From the UHGV virus genome UHGV-0184477: a DNA stretch of 47,935 nucleotides. One strand, written 5' to 3'. Shown here piece by piece: positions 8,088 through 19,996 of the stretch; positions within the stretch are counted from its first letter, which is position 1, and each line of letters opens with the position of its first letter. The stretch comes from a virus. The translations under genes were made by a program, and so were the position numbers. The notes under the pieces are model-generated. The model made no database searches and was not told the origin of the DNA. It saw only the letters and a list, made by a program, of their open reading frames with translations.

Positions 8088-11000
8088 TGGCAGAAACAGT
8101 TGGCGGCATTATCTATGAGGTTGGCATTGACACATCTCAGTTAGCAGCTGGTAGTCGTGAATTGCAGTCAATGCTAAATGGCCTTAGCGGGAACATGGGG
8201 CGACTTGAGGCCAGTGTAAACAGGACAGAGCGCTCTATTGGATCGATGGAACGAACAATGTCCAGCCTTTCTGGCGTTGCCAAGGGATTGTTCGCGGCGC
8301 TTTCTGTGCAACAGGTTGCGAGTTACGCCGATGCCTGGACTGAACTAAATAACAAGGTAGCTAACTCGGTTCGTACTGGAGAGACGCAGACCGAAGTTAT
8401 GCAGCGGATCTTTGATGTTTCACAAGCAACCCAGTCATCCCTTAACGGCACGGCGACTCTTTACGCCAGACTTGAGCGAGGAACCAGGGCGTACAACACC
8501 AGCGCGGAAGATTTAGTCCGCCTGACCACTATTATCAATCAGGGGTTTGCAGTATCCGGTGCAACAGCTCAGGAAGCTGAGAACGCAATCATTCAGCTAT
8601 CACAGGGTATCGCTTCCGGCGTTCTGCGCGGCGAGGAGTTTAACTCAGTGTCAGAGCAAGGCAGCCGCCTCATGGTAGCTCTGGCTGATTCGATGGGTGT
8701 TTCTATCGGTCAGTTGAGGGCTATGGCCGCTCAGGGGCAGCTAACAACAGACGTTGTAGTTAAGGGGCTTCTGTCACAAGGGGATGCCATCGGCAAAGAA
8801 TTTGCCAACACCACCGTCTCAATCGCCAAGGGATTGCAGGTAGCCGGCAACAACGTAACGAAGTTCTTTGGCGAAAACTCGACGGTTAAATCATTTGCAG
8901 CAGGGTTCCGAGACTCTGTCATCACAATAAGTGAGAACCTTGAGACGCTGAGCGGCGCCCTTATCATTGTAGCTGGCATAATGGGAAGTCGGTATGTTGG
9001 CGCGCTGGCAATGTCCACTGCCGCGAAAATATCAGATATAGCGGCATCAAGACAGCAATTAATAGCTGAGAATCAGCAGGCACAATCTGCACTCTTTGCC
9101 GCCAATGCCACCCAGAGAAAAGCTTTCGCTGATAAAGAGGCGGCACTATCATCTGTCGCACTTGCCCAGGCTGAATATAACGTAGCAAAAGGCAGTGCAG
9201 CCGAGGCGCTGGCTCTTGATGCTCTTATAGCTGCAAAGTCCAGAGCGAGCGCCGCATCATTGTCTTTGGCGCAAGCTGAAAACGCACAGGCCGCGGCATC
9301 AGCGAGAGCGGCATCTGCGGCCAGAGCAGCTTCGGTAGGGGTTGGCCTTGCCAGAGGGGCGCTTTCATTGATAGGCGGCCCAGCAGGAGCGGCGACGTTA
9401 GCGGCGGGGGCAATTTTCTACTTCTGGCAAAAAGCGCAGCAGGCCAGAGAAGAATCCATTCGCTTTGCTGATAGCTTGGATCAAGTTAACGAGTCAATGA
9501 AGGCGATGAATAACACCCAGCTAAGGGGGGTAATTGCCGACGCTAATAAGTCTATTCAGGCACAAGAGGAATATGTAAGGGATCTTGAAGACAGCATTGA
9601 TAAACTTAAAGGTGAGATTGATGACTATACCGCAAGAGGAAAGCTGTTCGGAACAACAATAGAGCAAGGAAACGGGTTACTAAAAATCGCATCAGATAAA
9701 ACTGATGAACTGAATCAAAAATCGCGCGACCTTGCGAACGCCAAGGAAAAACTAGCAAGAACTCAGGAAGCCGCATCTGAAGCACGCAGAACCCTTACAA
9801 ACAACATGCTCACGTCTATGGGTGTGCATGACAGCCTGATTGAGAAGGGATCAACGCTTGAAAGGGTGCAGGGCGCTGTAGCAAGAGCATTTGGCCTGAC
9901 TGCCGATGAGATAAACCGAGCAAATCAGGCAGGCCAAAACTTCAACCCAAAATCCTTGCAAGTGTCGCCCCCAACAGAAGAAGCTGACAAGATAATCCTC
10001 AATCTTGAGGAGCAAAACCAACTTTTAAAAATACAGGATGAAAGACAAAGGGCAGTAACAAAGGCGAGAATGGAGGCAGCTAAGGTAACTGATAACCCCA
10101 ATCAGATAGCCAGAGCTGCTGAGCTTGCAGGTCAGATATATGATTTAACTGAGGCTGAGAAAGCAAGAGAAAAAGCGCAAAATGATTCTCAATCAGCGGC
10201 CCAAAAAGCCGCCACAGAGCAGGAGAATATCGCCAACAAACTTGAGCAACTGCGGCAAGAATCATTGCTAACAGCAGATAGCACAAGAGAGCTAAGTCGA
10301 GAGCAAGCAATACTACAGGCACAACAATCATTAGGAAAAGGCGCCACAGAGGAGCAAATAAGGCTCGCTGGAGAGTACAAGGCTAAGGCATGGGATAATG
10401 CCAACGCCCTCAAGGCTCAGGCAGAGGCGGAGAAAAAAAGAGCCGAAGCTGTAAAAGGATTTGCTGCATTAAAATCGCAGACATCCCCAATGTTTGCCGT
10501 TGAAACAAATTATCAGAAAGATTTGGCAGCGCTAAATGCTTACGCAGTAGCTTACCCGCAAAAGATAGCGGAGGTTGAGCAGGCCAGAGCAGCCATTGAG
10601 GAACAATACCGCCAGCAGCGTCTTGATGCCATGTGGCAGGAGTGGAGCCAGCAGAATGCAGCCACCAAGGCTGCCGCCGCAGCTTTTGACGCGTTCGGCC
10701 AGACAGCAAGCAACGCCTTAACTGGCGTTCTGACTGGCTCAATGTCTGTAAGTGATGCCTTGCAGTCAATCGGCAGCACTGTGTTGAACGCTGTGATTAA
10801 CTCATTCGTTCAGATGGGTGTGGAGTGGCTTAAATCGGTGATTATGGGGCAGGCAGGGATGACGGCAGCATCTGCCGTAACCGCCGCTCAGGGAGCAGGA
10901 ATAGCAGCAGCTATGGCCCCGGCGGCAGCGATGACATCGCTTGCCACAGGCGGGGCCAACGCAATCCCAGCTCAGGCTGGAATTACCTCTACGGTTGGTG

Positions 11001-11368
11001 TAGCTAAAGCCCTGTCGGTTGCCGGGGCATTAAAGAATGGTGGTCCTGCGCAGGCTGGTGCAATGTATCAGGTCGGTGAGAATAACCTCCCTGAAATCTT
11101 CCAGGCCAGCACAGGTAAGCAGTATATGATTCCCGGAGATTCAGGTAAGGTTATCAGCAACAAAGACCTTACCGGCGGTGGCAGTGGTATCGTTATTTAT
11201 AATAATGTCACCAACACCAGCAGCGGGGCAACAACCTCATCAACCGCAAGAGATAATGGTGACGGGTCTGTTACAATTGAGACTATTGTGGCAGATATCG
11301 AGGCTGGCGGGCCGATATCAAACGCTATTACCAGTCACACCACTGCAACCAGAAGGGCAACAGAATAA
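8087..11368 (+). CDS. Tail length tape measure protein (1093 aa)
   Basis: Size. Ala/Gln-rich coiled-coil repeats (AQAENAQAAASARAASAARAAS). Hydrophobic Gly/Ala-rich segments. Strong AAAGGAG RBS. Position. Confidence 0.9.
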   Translation: MAETVGGIIYEVGIDTSQLAAGSRELQSMLNGLSGNMGRLEASVNRTERSIGSMERTMSSLSGVAKGLFAALSVQQVASYADAWTELNNKVANSVRTGETQTEVMQRIFDVSQATQSSLNGTATLYARLERGTRAYNTSAEDLVRLTTIINQGFAVSGATAQEAENAIIQLSQGIASGVLRGEEFNSVSEQGSRLMVALADSMGVSIGQLRAMAAQGQLTTDVVVKGLLSQGDAIGKEFANTTVSIAKGLQVAGNNVTKFFGENSTVKSFAAGFRDSVITISENLETLSGALIIVAGIMGSRYVGALAMSTAAKISDIAASRQQLIAENQQAQSALFAANATQRKAFADKEAALSSVALAQAEYNVAKGSAAEALALDALIAAKSRASAASLSLAQAENAQAAASARAASAARAASVGVGLARGALSLIGGPAGAATLAAGAIFYFWQKAQQAREESIRFADSLDQVNESMKAMNNTQLRGVIADANKSIQAQEEYVRDLEDSIDKLKGEIDDYTARGKLFGTTIEQGNGLLKIASDKTDELNQKSRDLANAKEKLARTQEAASEARRTLTNNMLTSMGVHDSLIEKGSTLERVQGAVARAFGLTADEINRANQAGQNFNPKSLQVSPPTEEADKIILNLEEQNQLLKIQDERQRAVTKARMEAAKVTDNPNQIARAAELAGQIYDLTEAEKAREKAQNDSQSAAQKAATEQENIANKLEQLRQESLLTADSTRELSREQAILQAQQSLGKGATEEQIRLAGEYKAKAWDNANALKAQAEAEKKRAEAVKGFAALKSQTSPMFAVETNYQKDLAALNAYAVAYPQKIAEVEQARAAIEEQYRQQRLDAMWQEWSQQNAATKAAAAAFDAFGQTASNALTGVLTGSMSVSDALQSIGSTVLNAVINSFVQMGVEWLKSVIMGQAGMTAASAVTAAQGAGIAAAMAPAAAMTSLATGGANAIPAQAGITSTVGVAKALSVAGALKNGGPAQAGAMYQVGENNLPEIFQASTGKQYMIPGDSGKVISNKDLTGGGSGIVIYNNVTNTSSGATTSSTARDNGDGSVTIETIVADIEAGGPISNAITSHTTATRRATE

Positions 11369-11838
11369 TGGCTATAGCTTACCCATCATGGCTACCGCTT
11401 GCGCAGCGTGCCAGCAAGAACATGACGACTCAAACCCCATTCCGCAGCGATCAGCCTGCGGTTGGGGCGCCGATTTTTCAAAAGCTAACGACCGACGTTG
11501 CGGTAACATGGAGCCTTACGTGGGTCTTTACGCTCAGGCAGGAACGGGCATTTATGCAGTGGTTGAGAAGCCCAAACTATCTCAACAAGTGCAATGAATG
11601 GTTCACGATGGATATCGATCTTGGCGGCAGCGGATTACAGAATCAGACTTTACACTTTACTGATTACCCCGTACAGACAAGCATCAATGGCGGCATCGTC
11701 ACATGGGCTGGAAATGTCATCTGTAAAACTCTCAATAACTCCATGGATGAATTTGATGATGTGCTTGTTGAGCTTGATGAGAGATGGTATTCATGGCTCG
11801 ATGAAGTTGTTAACAGGGATTTGCCGGAGTATCCATAA
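11368..11838 (+). CDS. Minor tail protein (156 aa)
   Basis: ATGG overlap with the tape measure stop. Position in a lambda M-L-K-I-J-like series. Confidence 0.5.
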   Translation: MAIAYPSWLPLAQRASKNMTTQTPFRSDQPAVGAPIFQKLTTDVAVTWSLTWVFTLRQERAFMQWLRSPNYLNKCNEWFTMDIDLGGSGLQNQTLHFTDYPVQTSINGGIVTWAGNVICKTLNNSMDEFDDVLVELDERWYSWLDEVVNRDLPEYP

Positions 11839-12308
11839 TGCCAACATTGCGTGAATACCAGTCAAAAAGGCCAAGCTGGAAGCTGTATGACACAATAACC
11901 TTTTATCATTCTTCATTTGGTTACGTCCGGCTAGTTGGCAATGAGTTTTCTGATGTTGTGCTTGGTGGTCAAACTTACCAGCCAGTGCGTATGGATGTAA
12001 CCAGAAGCCAGCAATCAAACACGCCGGTAATCAACGCCACGTTGAAGTTTGCGCGACTGGCTAATGACTTCAAACAATATTTAAAGTTATGGTCAGGCTC
12101 TGGACGTATTGAGCCTATCACTGCGTTATACCAGCGCTTTGACGAGACTGACAAAAACACACCATTAAAACCATATACGCTTTATGTTAACGATGTGACG
12201 CTTGATCAGTCTGATGTAACTGTCTCCATCTCCATAAAAAACCCAATCAATGGCAACGTGGCAAAACTTTATGACATCACAGAATTCCCCGGACTGCGTA
12301 CCGTTTGA
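11838..12308 (+). CDS. Minor tail protein (156 aa)
   Basis: TAATG coupling. Position. Confidence 0.45.
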   Translation: MPTLREYQSKRPSWKLYDTITFYHSSFGYVRLVGNEFSDVVLGGQTYQPVRMDVTRSQQSNTPVINATLKFARLANDFKQYLKLWSGSGRIEPITALYQRFDETDKNTPLKPYTLYVNDVTLDQSDVTVSISIKNPINGNVAKLYDITEFPGLRTV

Positions 12309-12321
12309 CGATTTTGAAAGG

Positions 12322-12729
12322 ATGATGCTTGGTAAGCCATACGTCGACAGATGCTGTCACGTTGACGCAGTAGACTGCTGGGGTCTGGTGGTGCTGTTCT
12401 ATCGTCTTTGTATGAATGTCAACGTTCATCACGATGATTCATATTCAAGTGGCGGCGATTTTGTCACTTGCTTCAATGGGGAAATTTCATTCTGGAAAGA
12501 CACCGATCATCCAAAAATTGGCGATGTGGTGGTTGCCTATCGCGGGAGTCATCCGGTACATGTCGCGCTATGGTGGGGTCGTGATAAAATACTGCATGCG
12601 CGAGAGAAAACGGCAGTCAAGACAGACCGCCTTAAAACACTCGAAAAATTATCAACAAAATTAAGGTTCCTGACTTATGCCGGTTATTCACATTCAGAAG
12701 ATGCCAGGAGTTCCAAAAGAGACGGGTAA
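12322..12729 (+). CDS. Tail-tip assembly protein, NlpC/P60 peptidase-like (gpK-like; ~135 aa)
   Basis: Cys...His pattern ([14 protein letters not shown] ... [10 protein letters not shown]) typical of NlpC/P60, as in lambda gpK. Start refined to the ATG at 12322, which has an AAAGGA Shine-Dalgarno sequence. Confidence 0.55.
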   Translation: MMLGKPYVDRCCHVDAVDCWGLVVLFYRLCMNVNVHHDDSYSSGGDFVTCFNGEISFWKDTDHPKIGDVVVAYRGSHPVHVALWWGRDKILHAREKTAVKTDRLKTLEKLSTKLRFLTYAGYSHSEDARSSKRDG

Positions 12730-15157
12730 TGTTCCTGCTGGCACTAATCTGTGGAGATGGCTGGAGAATTCCGGCCTTCCATCTGACATCAGGATTGCGC
12801 TGAATGGCCGCATTTTTGGTCCTGATGATGAGTTGTCGATATCGTTAAAGCAAAACGATATTGTTAACATTTACTGTCAGCCTCGCGGCGCCATTGGCGA
12901 CCTTATCAGCACGATACTCAAGCCTGTAACAAAGGTTCTTTCTTTTCTGCTGCCAAAAGCATCAACACCATCAACCAGCACCGGAACTACGGTTGAATCA
13001 CCCAATAATAGCCTGAAATCGCAAACCAATATTGCGCGAAACGGAGAGGCAAGACCTGACAACTTCGGACAGATAAGAGCATTCCCTGACCTGATTCAGG
13101 AGTCACTTTTTGAATACATTGACGATCTGAAGTACGTCACTGAGTTCATGAACTTTGGCCTTGGGAAATACACCATTTCATCGGTTCGCTATGCAGAAAC
13201 AAACCTCGGGTCTCTACCAGGCGCCACTCATGTCATCTACAATCCAGGTGATGTGATCGGGCAAATCATTGAGCCTTACCAGTTCGACGGGCTTGATGGT
13301 CAGGAGGTTCCAGGGCTGAACGAGTCAGAGGACACCCCGATAGAGACAGCGACCACGACATCTGTTACCAGTGGCGATTATGCTGGCGGTCAGTTGTTAA
13401 TAGTCATACCAAAAAACACTGATTTCGATTACTTCATGGGACTGTCTTTACCGCACTCTGTGTCATTAACAATAAATATCACCTACAACTCCACATCCGG
13501 GCCAGTTACTGAAAATATTCAGCTTAGTGGCAACATCATTTCAGCTGAGGAAACTGAGACGGGAGTAATTCCTGATATTCAGTATTTCTATAATTTTACC
13601 TTCAATAACCTGACCGGTGCAAATCTTGGCAACCTGACCGGCGCAACCATCAACGACACTTATTTCCAGATTGTGGATAATGAGGCGCTCGTTGTTGGCC
13701 CATATGTTGGAGCCGTGGAATCGACGCAGGTATGGGTTCATGTTCAGTCTGAACTTGGGCCTACCAGTGGCACGGCAGATTATCTGATCAAAGTATGGGC
13801 GGTTGATGATAATGGGGATGCCATTCCAGGAACCGAGGAGCAGCTCGCAGACAGTATTGACAACCCATTTAATCAGACAACAAAAACCTATTATCGCACG
13901 TATAAATTAACTCCTGCTTATGGGCTGGCTAAGTATGCTATCAGCATTGAAAGGACAAACAACTCAAACTCTGGCAACCGCGTAACGTTGCAGGCGGCGC
14001 ACGCTATCAACATCCGCGAGAATGTGGTTTATCCTGATGACACCCTTGTTAAAGTGACGGTGAAGGCCACGCTTCAGCCAACATCAGTTACTGAGCGCAA
14101 ATATAATGCGCTGATTACCCGCTGGACTATCGGATATAACAGAACAACCGGGACAGTCGACTATACGTTAACGCCATCAAGAAGTTTTGCAGATTCAGTG
14201 CTGCATAACTGGCTTATTACTGCTGGTCAGCCTGAAAGCACCATTGACGTGGGAAGGCTCTATGAAATAGCTGATGCGCTGCCTGACGCACGTCTTGGGT
14301 ACTTCGATTACACATTTGACGATGAGGATAAATCGATCGGTGAGCGAATTCAGACTATCTGTGATGCAGCGCGTGTAACCGTATTTTGGGATGATGGTGT
14401 TTTATCTTTTTCAAGAGATGAGCAAAAATCAACCCCTGAAACTGTGTTTAATACCAGAAACACGCAGGCTGATGGCTATAAAATGTCTTATGACATGACT
14501 TTGCCGGGGTCATATGATGGCGTAAGCGTTCAGTACCGCGACCCAAACACCAACAAACAGGCTTACGTTTATTATAAAGTTGGCACTTCTGGTATAGAGC
14601 CTGGAGAACCAACTAAGCCGAAAAAATTCGACATGCTATACGTTCGAAATCTGTATCAGGCAACAGACAGAGCCATGCTTGAGTGCAATCGTCTGATGTA
14701 CTCACGCCGAGGGATGGAGATAAAGGCACTTGCTGATGGTGAGTGGGTGAACGTTGGCGATATGATTTCTGTTGTCGACATTTATGATTCTGTACAGCAG
14801 ACAGGCGTTATCCGATCAAGGTCTGGAAACGTATTTACCACCAGTGAACAGCTTACGGCGGGAAGTGGCCTATTTGTGGTTATCACTGGCGCCAATGGGA
14901 ATGTGTCAGAACGCCTGGCTTGCACCGTTACTGGATTGAATACATTCGAGTGCGCATTACCATCTGATTTCGAGTTAAACATTTTTGACGGTGTTAATGT
15001 TCAGTCGGAATCAAGATATGCCATCTCTACAGAGATTGAACTTGATTCAACGTTATGGACAGTTAGCCAGAAAACTCCAGGTGCAGATGGCACAGTGTCT
15101 CTTACAGTAACTGAGTACAATGACGCCATGTACGCCTACACCAACCCTGTTGCGTGA
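12677..15157 (+). CDS. Tail-tip/central fibre protein: N-terminal gpI-like domain fused to a J-like host-specificity protein (826 aa)
   Basis: The first ~100 aa ([37 protein letters not shown]) resemble lambda tail assembly protein I. The remainder is a large tip protein. It overlaps the K-like gene by 52 nt. Confidence 0.6.
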   Translation: MPVIHIQKMPGVPKETGNVPAGTNLWRWLENSGLPSDIRIALNGRIFGPDDELSISLKQNDIVNIYCQPRGAIGDLISTILKPVTKVLSFLLPKASTPSTSTGTTVESPNNSLKSQTNIARNGEARPDNFGQIRAFPDLIQESLFEYIDDLKYVTEFMNFGLGKYTISSVRYAETNLGSLPGATHVIYNPGDVIGQIIEPYQFDGLDGQEVPGLNESEDTPIETATTTSVTSGDYAGGQLLIVIPKNTDFDYFMGLSLPHSVSLTINITYNSTSGPVTENIQLSGNIISAEETETGVIPDIQYFYNFTFNNLTGANLGNLTGATINDTYFQIVDNEALVVGPYVGAVESTQVWVHVQSELGPTSGTADYLIKVWAVDDNGDAIPGTEEQLADSIDNPFNQTTKTYYRTYKLTPAYGLAKYAISIERTNNSNSGNRVTLQAAHAINIRENVVYPDDTLVKVTVKATLQPTSVTERKYNALITRWTIGYNRTTGTVDYTLTPSRSFADSVLHNWLITAGQPESTIDVGRLYEIADALPDARLGYFDYTFDDEDKSIGERIQTICDAARVTVFWDDGVLSFSRDEQKSTPETVFNTRNTQADGYKMSYDMTLPGSYDGVSVQYRDPNTNKQAYVYYKVGTSGIEPGEPTKPKKFDMLYVRNLYQATDRAMLECNRLMYSRRGMEIKALADGEWVNVGDMISVVDIYDSVQQTGVIRSRSGNVFTTSEQLTAGSGLFVVITGANGNVSERLACTVTGLNTFECALPSDFELNIFDGVNVQSESRYAISTEIELDSTLWTVSQKTPGADGTVSLTVTEYNDAMYAYTNPVA

Positions 15158-15195
15158 TACAATAGGGCAATTAATGATTATGGAGATTGCAGCTG

Positions 15196-17247
15196 ATGGC
15201 TACTACCCCAACTAATAAGCCAATCCCTTCTGAAGACCCGCGCGATCTGAAGTTTAACGCCGGAAAGGTTGATGAAGAGGTTAACGGAGGCGCTGATTAC
15301 TACACCGACAGATTCGGCGTGCAGAGACTGACAAATACTGGTAGAAATAACCAGTTTCAGGATGCGCAAACTCAAAGGGAGTCTGATTTTCAGCAATTTC
15401 TCTTAAACTCTGGTTATCAGTTTTTAGGAGATTATGAAAATGGGCCTTATACAATTGCCGCTCGCAATCAGATTATTCGTTATCAGAATGAGTTCTGGCG
15501 TTTAAATGCAGCTACTAATCCACCATATACAACAACTGGTGTTGATAACACCTCTTGGGCGGTAGACGTGACTCATCTTGTAAGCGTTGGCGATGCTAAT
15601 TTGAGGCAGGAACTTTCTTCTGAAAACGGTTCTGAATTAGTAGATTACAAGCATGGTAACTCAGGTACTTTAGCTTATTCGCTACATTCAAGATTGAGTA
15701 CGGTGTTGAATCTCTTTGATTTTATACCTGCGGCAAAACATGATGCTATTGTTAATTTCACCAGCACAGAAGACCTGTCATCTTACGTGCAGGCGGCGAT
15801 TGATTCAGCAAATACGATGGGTGGTGCAACCATACATTGCCCTGCTGGTCAATATTATTTAAATGTCAAAACAAAACCTAATGTTATATTGGTTGGTGCA
15901 AGGGGGACCTCCGTTCGACGTGCTATGCCGTGGGCTTTTTCAGTATCGGCTAACCCTGGGTCTACGAGATTCAGAAACTTTGCTAACGACTGGATTATAT
16001 CATCGGCAACCGCATCACAATCTGATGTTACTTCCCGTAGCTTTGGCATAATTGGTATAGATTTTGACGCGAAAGACGCCACCAATAGCACAGGCGGTGT
16101 TCGCCTTCGTGGACCTGAAATATGCGTTAAGTCTTGTAGTTTTTACGGTTTTCAGGACCAGGGGCTTGAAGCAAGCGGAAACATTGGACTTTTTGAAGAC
16201 ATCATTGCTAATGAATGTCTAAAAAACAGGGTGAGAACAGATTATGTTGGGACCATCGAGATATCTGGCGCATCAGACTGCCAGATTCACCGACTGGAAG
16301 GTAACGCACAGGTAAAAGGCCTTAATTCAATAACGAACGCTGCGCCGTATATCTGCGGTATAAAAATAGCAGGTAATAACCATTATGTCTCTGCACTAAT
16401 GGGCGAGATATCTGAAACAGGGATATATATTAGCGCTAGTTCAGTTCATCATAAAATGTGGGGATGCCGAGCGGATAACAACGTTGGCCCTGGATACCTC
16501 ATTAACGGCGTAATGATGGATACATGCCATTCATATAACAACTCACGCACTGGGGATGGATTATATTCAGGTTTTGAAGCGTTACCAGGGGCAACTCGCA
16601 TAATGGCTTCCAACTGCTTGGCGTGGACAGATAACGCACCGGTAGATGGTACAGGTCAGCAACGCTTACATAAATACGGATATGATTTTGCTGTTGTAGA
16701 CTATCTTTCATTAAGGTTAAAGCCATGGGTTGATCAATGCTTTTCATATGGGCATTCATTAGGATGGATAAACTCTCCGCCTACGTATGGGTTACAGTAC
16801 ACTCCAACAATAGGTAGATTATCTGTAACTAGTAACGCTACGACAACCCCTAACGTAGATGGGGTTAGTGTCATCGCTATAAATACTACATCATTAAGTC
16901 AAATAACCGGACTAGATGGGGGTATGATAGGCCAGCAGGTAGATATTTATCTAAACGCATCAGCTACTGTTACGCTTGTTAATAGCTCATCATTTTTAGT
17001 TAACAATCTGGCAGATCATGCTGATAAAACTATGAGGGTAGGTCAGGTATACAGATTCATTAAGACGGCAACAAATATCTGGCGAGAAGTTGGAGATGTT
17101 ATACGTGTTTTATCAGGGACAACCGCTGCCAGACCAAGTTCAACAGCGGTTATCGGTATGCAATATTTTGATACAACACTTAATAAGCCAATATGGCGGA
17201 ATGCGAATAACTCTGGATGGGTAGATGCTACTGGCACAGCTGTTTAA
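15196..17247 (+). CDS. Tailspike / tail fibre with right-handed beta-helix (pectate-lyase-like) domain, probable polysaccharide depolymerase (684 aa)
   Basis: Conserved N-terminal adaptor-like region. The central region has the periodic G/N/S-x-hydrophobic pattern of a parallel beta-helix (AAIDSANTMGGATIHCPAGQYYLN...). Followed by a strong terminator. Confidence 0.65.
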   Translation: MATTPTNKPIPSEDPRDLKFNAGKVDEEVNGGADYYTDRFGVQRLTNTGRNNQFQDAQTQRESDFQQFLLNSGYQFLGDYENGPYTIAARNQIIRYQNEFWRLNAATNPPYTTTGVDNTSWAVDVTHLVSVGDANLRQELSSENGSELVDYKHGNSGTLAYSLHSRLSTVLNLFDFIPAAKHDAIVNFTSTEDLSSYVQAAIDSANTMGGATIHCPAGQYYLNVKTKPNVILVGARGTSVRRAMPWAFSVSANPGSTRFRNFANDWIISSATASQSDVTSRSFGIIGIDFDAKDATNSTGGVRLRGPEICVKSCSFYGFQDQGLEASGNIGLFEDIIANECLKNRVRTDYVGTIEISGASDCQIHRLEGNAQVKGLNSITNAAPYICGIKIAGNNHYVSALMGEISETGIYISASSVHHKMWGCRADNNVGPGYLINGVMMDTCHSYNNSRTGDGLYSGFEALPGATRIMASNCLAWTDNAPVDGTGQQRLHKYGYDFAVVDYLSLRLKPWVDQCFSYGHSLGWINSPPTYGLQYTPTIGRLSVTSNATTTPNVDGVSVIAINTTSLSQITGLDGGMIGQQVDIYLNASATVTLVNSSSFLVNNLADHADKTMRVGQVYRFIKTATNIWREVGDVIRVLSGTTAARPSSTAVIGMQYFDTTLNKPIWRNANNSGWVDATGTAV

Positions 17248-17250
17248 TAT

Positions 17251-17270
17251 AAAGGGCCTTTCGGCCCTTT
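17251..17270. terminator. Bidirectional rho-independent terminator between late and early modules
   Basis: AAAGGGCCTTTCGGCCCTTT hairpin with flanking T/A runs. Confidence 0.85.
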
Positions 17271-17275
17271 CTTCA

Positions 17276-17773
17276 TTAAAATGGAATGTCATCGTCCATC
17301 GGAGGCTCGTTTTCCGGTGGTTTTGATGTGTTTGATGGCTGCTGGGGTTTACCCCATCCTGTTTGCTGATTGCTTCCTGACTGTTGCCGCTGCTGTGATT
17401 GTTGGTTTCCATTATCACTTGATTTACCACCAATCATTTGCATAACGCCGTTCATCGGCTGCAAGACAATTTCAGTAGTGTATTTTTCAACACCGCTTTG
17501 ATCTGTCCATTTTCGAGTGCGTAATTTACCCTCTATGTATACCTGAGAGCCTTTGCGCAGGTATTCGCCAGCCACCTCTGCCAGCTTTCCGAAGATAACA
17601 ACGCGATGCCATTCAGTTTGCTCTTTCTTTTCCCCTGTTGCTTTATCGTTCCACTGTTCTGATGTTGCAACAGAAAGGTTGGTAATAGCAGAGCCTGATG
17701 CTGAATATTTAACTTCAGGGTCATTACCAACTCGACCAAGGATTATGCACTTATTAATACCAATCGAAGACAT
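17276..17773 (-). CDS. ssb: Single-stranded DNA-binding protein
   Basis: OB-fold N-terminus ([12 protein letters not shown]...[35 protein letters not shown]), Gly/Gln-rich linker and acidic tail ending DDDIPF. Confidence 0.9.
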   Translation of the reverse strand: MSSIGINKCIILGRVGNDPEVKYSASGSAITNLSVATSEQWNDKATGEKKEQTEWHRVVIFGKLAEVAGEYLRKGSQVYIEGKLRTRKWTDQSGVEKYTTEIVLQPMNGVMQMIGGKSSDNGNQQSQQRQQSGSNQQTGWGKPQQPSNTSKPPENEPPMDDDIPF

Positions 17774-18291
17774 TACTTGAATCTCCCGTTTTTATCTCTT
17801 AATCTGCCATTATGATTCTCTGTGGCGTGTAATGATGCGTGCTCTGACTTCGTCATAAGCATTAGGTTACTTGGATGGTTGTTTGTTTTATCATGGTCTA
17901 TATGATGAACGCATTCATTGTGAAACAACCTCCTCCCAATAATGCCTTCCATAACTACGACATGCTCTCCCCTTCCTTTGTTTTCACCCATAGTTATCTC
18001 GACATAACCATTCGGTTTTACAGAGCGACCCTTGCCAACTCCTTTCTTTGATTTTGATATATTTTGCTTCCATTCTTCAGTAAACTCTCGTTTTTTACCC
18101 CTAAGTCCTGAGCCAAGCCTTCCCTCTGCGGCAGCAATTCTTATTGCATCTCCTCTGCTTCTCAATATTCCGGCTTTCTTAAATCTAAACCTCAATGTTG
18201 ACATGGCTATTCCTGTTTCATTGGAGATTTGAGGGATGCTCATGCCAGACAAATACATATCAAACTCATTCATATGCACCTCCTTGTGCAA
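17773..18291 (-). CDS. HNH homing endonuclease
   Basis: [32 protein letters not shown] motif. Confidence 0.8.
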   Translation of the reverse strand: MHKEVHMNEFDMYLSGMSIPQISNETGIAMSTLRFRFKKAGILRSRGDAIRIAAAEGRLGSGLRGKKREFTEEWKQNISKSKKGVGKGRSVKPNGYVEITMGENKGRGEHVVVMEGIIGRRLFHNECVHHIDHDKTNNHPSNLMLMTKSEHASLHATENHNGRLRDKNGRFK

Positions 18292-18353
18292 TATAGTAAT
18301 TTACAACCATTAAGTCAACTTTTAATTACTTTATTTACGACGCGAGCCATTTA

Positions 18354-19019
18354 TTAAAATCCTTCAATTGGAGTTGGTTTATGTTCGGTTTTGGTTTCTT
18401 CCTGCGGTTCTGGCTGCTGAGGTTGAGGTTTGGCCAGTTTGGCCGGGTTAAAATCACTGCCGCCAGCAATGAATTTCGCTTTCATTTCCTGGTATGCGCC
18501 GACGATTACGCGAGTGGCGGCGTCATCACCACGAAATGATTTGTATTCTTCACCATAAATGGCAGTAAGCTCATCCATGTTTGCTGCTGAACGAATGAGA
18601 GAAGCTGCATCTTTAGGAGACTTGCGCGCCGCATTGCCATCGTCATCGGCCTGGGCAATACCAAACATCGAGGCGATAGAATAACGCCGAGCATACGTCA
18701 TTGCAGATCCATAACCCTGAGCATCTTTCTTGGCAACCGGCATTGGCATGACTGAAGACATGTATTCACCAGACTCATGCATAATTGTTGTTTCCAGCTT
18801 CAAAACATCAACCGTATCGCTCTCAATGGCGTTCTGGATGATGATAAGACCGTTGGCCTCAAGCGCTGGCCTGATGGCATTCAGGAATGACTCAAGGTTA
18901 GCATAGTTGCTTTTAAGGTGCGGGTTTTGCGCGTTCTTTTTAGCGCTGCTACTCATTACCTTGCGCGCCTCTACAAGAGCCTTAATCAGGTTTGCTTTCT
19001 GTTCTGAAAATTTCATCAC
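18354..19019 (-). CDS. erf: ERF-family single-strand annealing protein
   Basis: N-terminal KFSEQKANLIKALVEARKVM...NPHLKSNYANLESFLNAIRP pattern typical of Erf recombinases. It sits between the SSB and exonuclease genes. Confidence 0.7.
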   Translation of the reverse strand: MMKFSEQKANLIKALVEARKVMSSSAKKNAQNPHLKSNYANLESFLNAIRPALEANGLIIIQNAIESDTVDVLKLETTIMHESGEYMSSVMPMPVAKKDAQGYGSAMTYARRYSIASMFGIAQADDDGNAARKSPKDAASLIRSAANMDELTAIYGEEYKSFRGDDAATRVIVGAYQEMKAKFIAGGSDFNPAKLAKPQPQQPEPQEETKTEHKPTPIEGF

Positions 19020-19039
19020 TTCACCTCATTTAATATAAA

Positions 19040-19996
19040 TTACATGTTAAACTGCTTCTTGAACCATTCCGGCGTTTCCATTTCGATGACCGGATTACCC
19101 ATTGAGTAGCTAGGCCATGAGTTGGCCTTTTTGCACGCCTTATAGATTTCCATCGCGCTACGCAGCTGAATGCGACCAATGCGTAACTGCTCATCCGTCA
19201 GGCGAATCAACGCAGGGATGAATGGCGATTTCTTCTCCTGCACCAGAAGGTTTACCGAGCGAGGCGCATGCCCATAAGCCTCGACAAACATATCGTGCTG
19301 CATTGTCATCTTCATAAAGTACCCGAGCCGCGCTGCATGGCGGAAAAACTCATCAGGCTTGGCGCTAACCGCTGTTTTGTAGTCAATAATGTCGCCACCG
19401 CGAGTAAGGCAGTCAAAGCGTACTTTTGATGGCTCGCCAAGCAACTGACCGAGAATTGATACCTCAGAGTAAGCGCCAGAAAGCAGGCTGCTGTAATAGC
19501 TGTTTGCATGGATTACGGCGCGCATCTGCATGATGGCGTCATAATCATCGCCTTCCAGCATTGATTTACCAGTAGCGGCCTTCTCTGCTTCTTCACGGAT
19601 AACATCGTAAATCTGCACTGTCTCGCCAGTGGCCTGAATAATTTTAATCACTTCGGCTTTAGTCTTACCTGAAAGCCCTTTAATGCCGCGCTCTTTCGCC
19701 CATGAGTTCATGTCGGAAGCTGTCACCAGCACCGTGCGATTGCCATCTTTGTCTTTTGGGAAATCTTCGACAACTGGCATGCGGGCATATTCTGCTTCGA
19801 AACGCTCAGGCTCAAGCAGAGCGGTATGGCTACCAGTACCAAATATCAGAGCCTTTGACTGCTCATCTTCTTCGTCTTTGTAGCGCCATGCTGCCGGGCA
19901 GCGGTCGTAGATGTTCCACAGACCAGAGCCGTTGATGTGCTCGGTGTCAGCGTGGTACTGCTCGTTGCTGAGTTCGTTGTTTAGGTAGACTTTCAT
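19040..19996 (-). CDS. PD-(D/E)XK-type exonuclease (RecE/YqaJ-like partner of Erf)
   Basis: D...D/E.K signature near GGDIIDYKT. Position upstream of erf, as in T1-like recombination modules. Confidence 0.55.
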   Translation of the reverse strand: MKVYLNNELSNEQYHADTEHINGSGLWNIYDRCPAAWRYKDEEDEQSKALIFGTGSHTALLEPERFEAEYARMPVVEDFPKDKDGNRTVLVTASDMNSWAKERGIKGLSGKTKAEVIKIIQATGETVQIYDVIREEAEKAATGKSMLEGDDYDAIMQMRAVIHANSYYSSLLSGAYSEVSILGQLLGEPSKVRFDCLTRGGDIIDYKTAVSAKPDEFFRHAARLGYFMKMTMQHDMFVEAYGHAPRSVNLLVQEKKSPFIPALIRLTDEQLRIGRIQLRSAMEIYKACKKANSWPSYSMGNPVIEMETPEWFKKQFNM

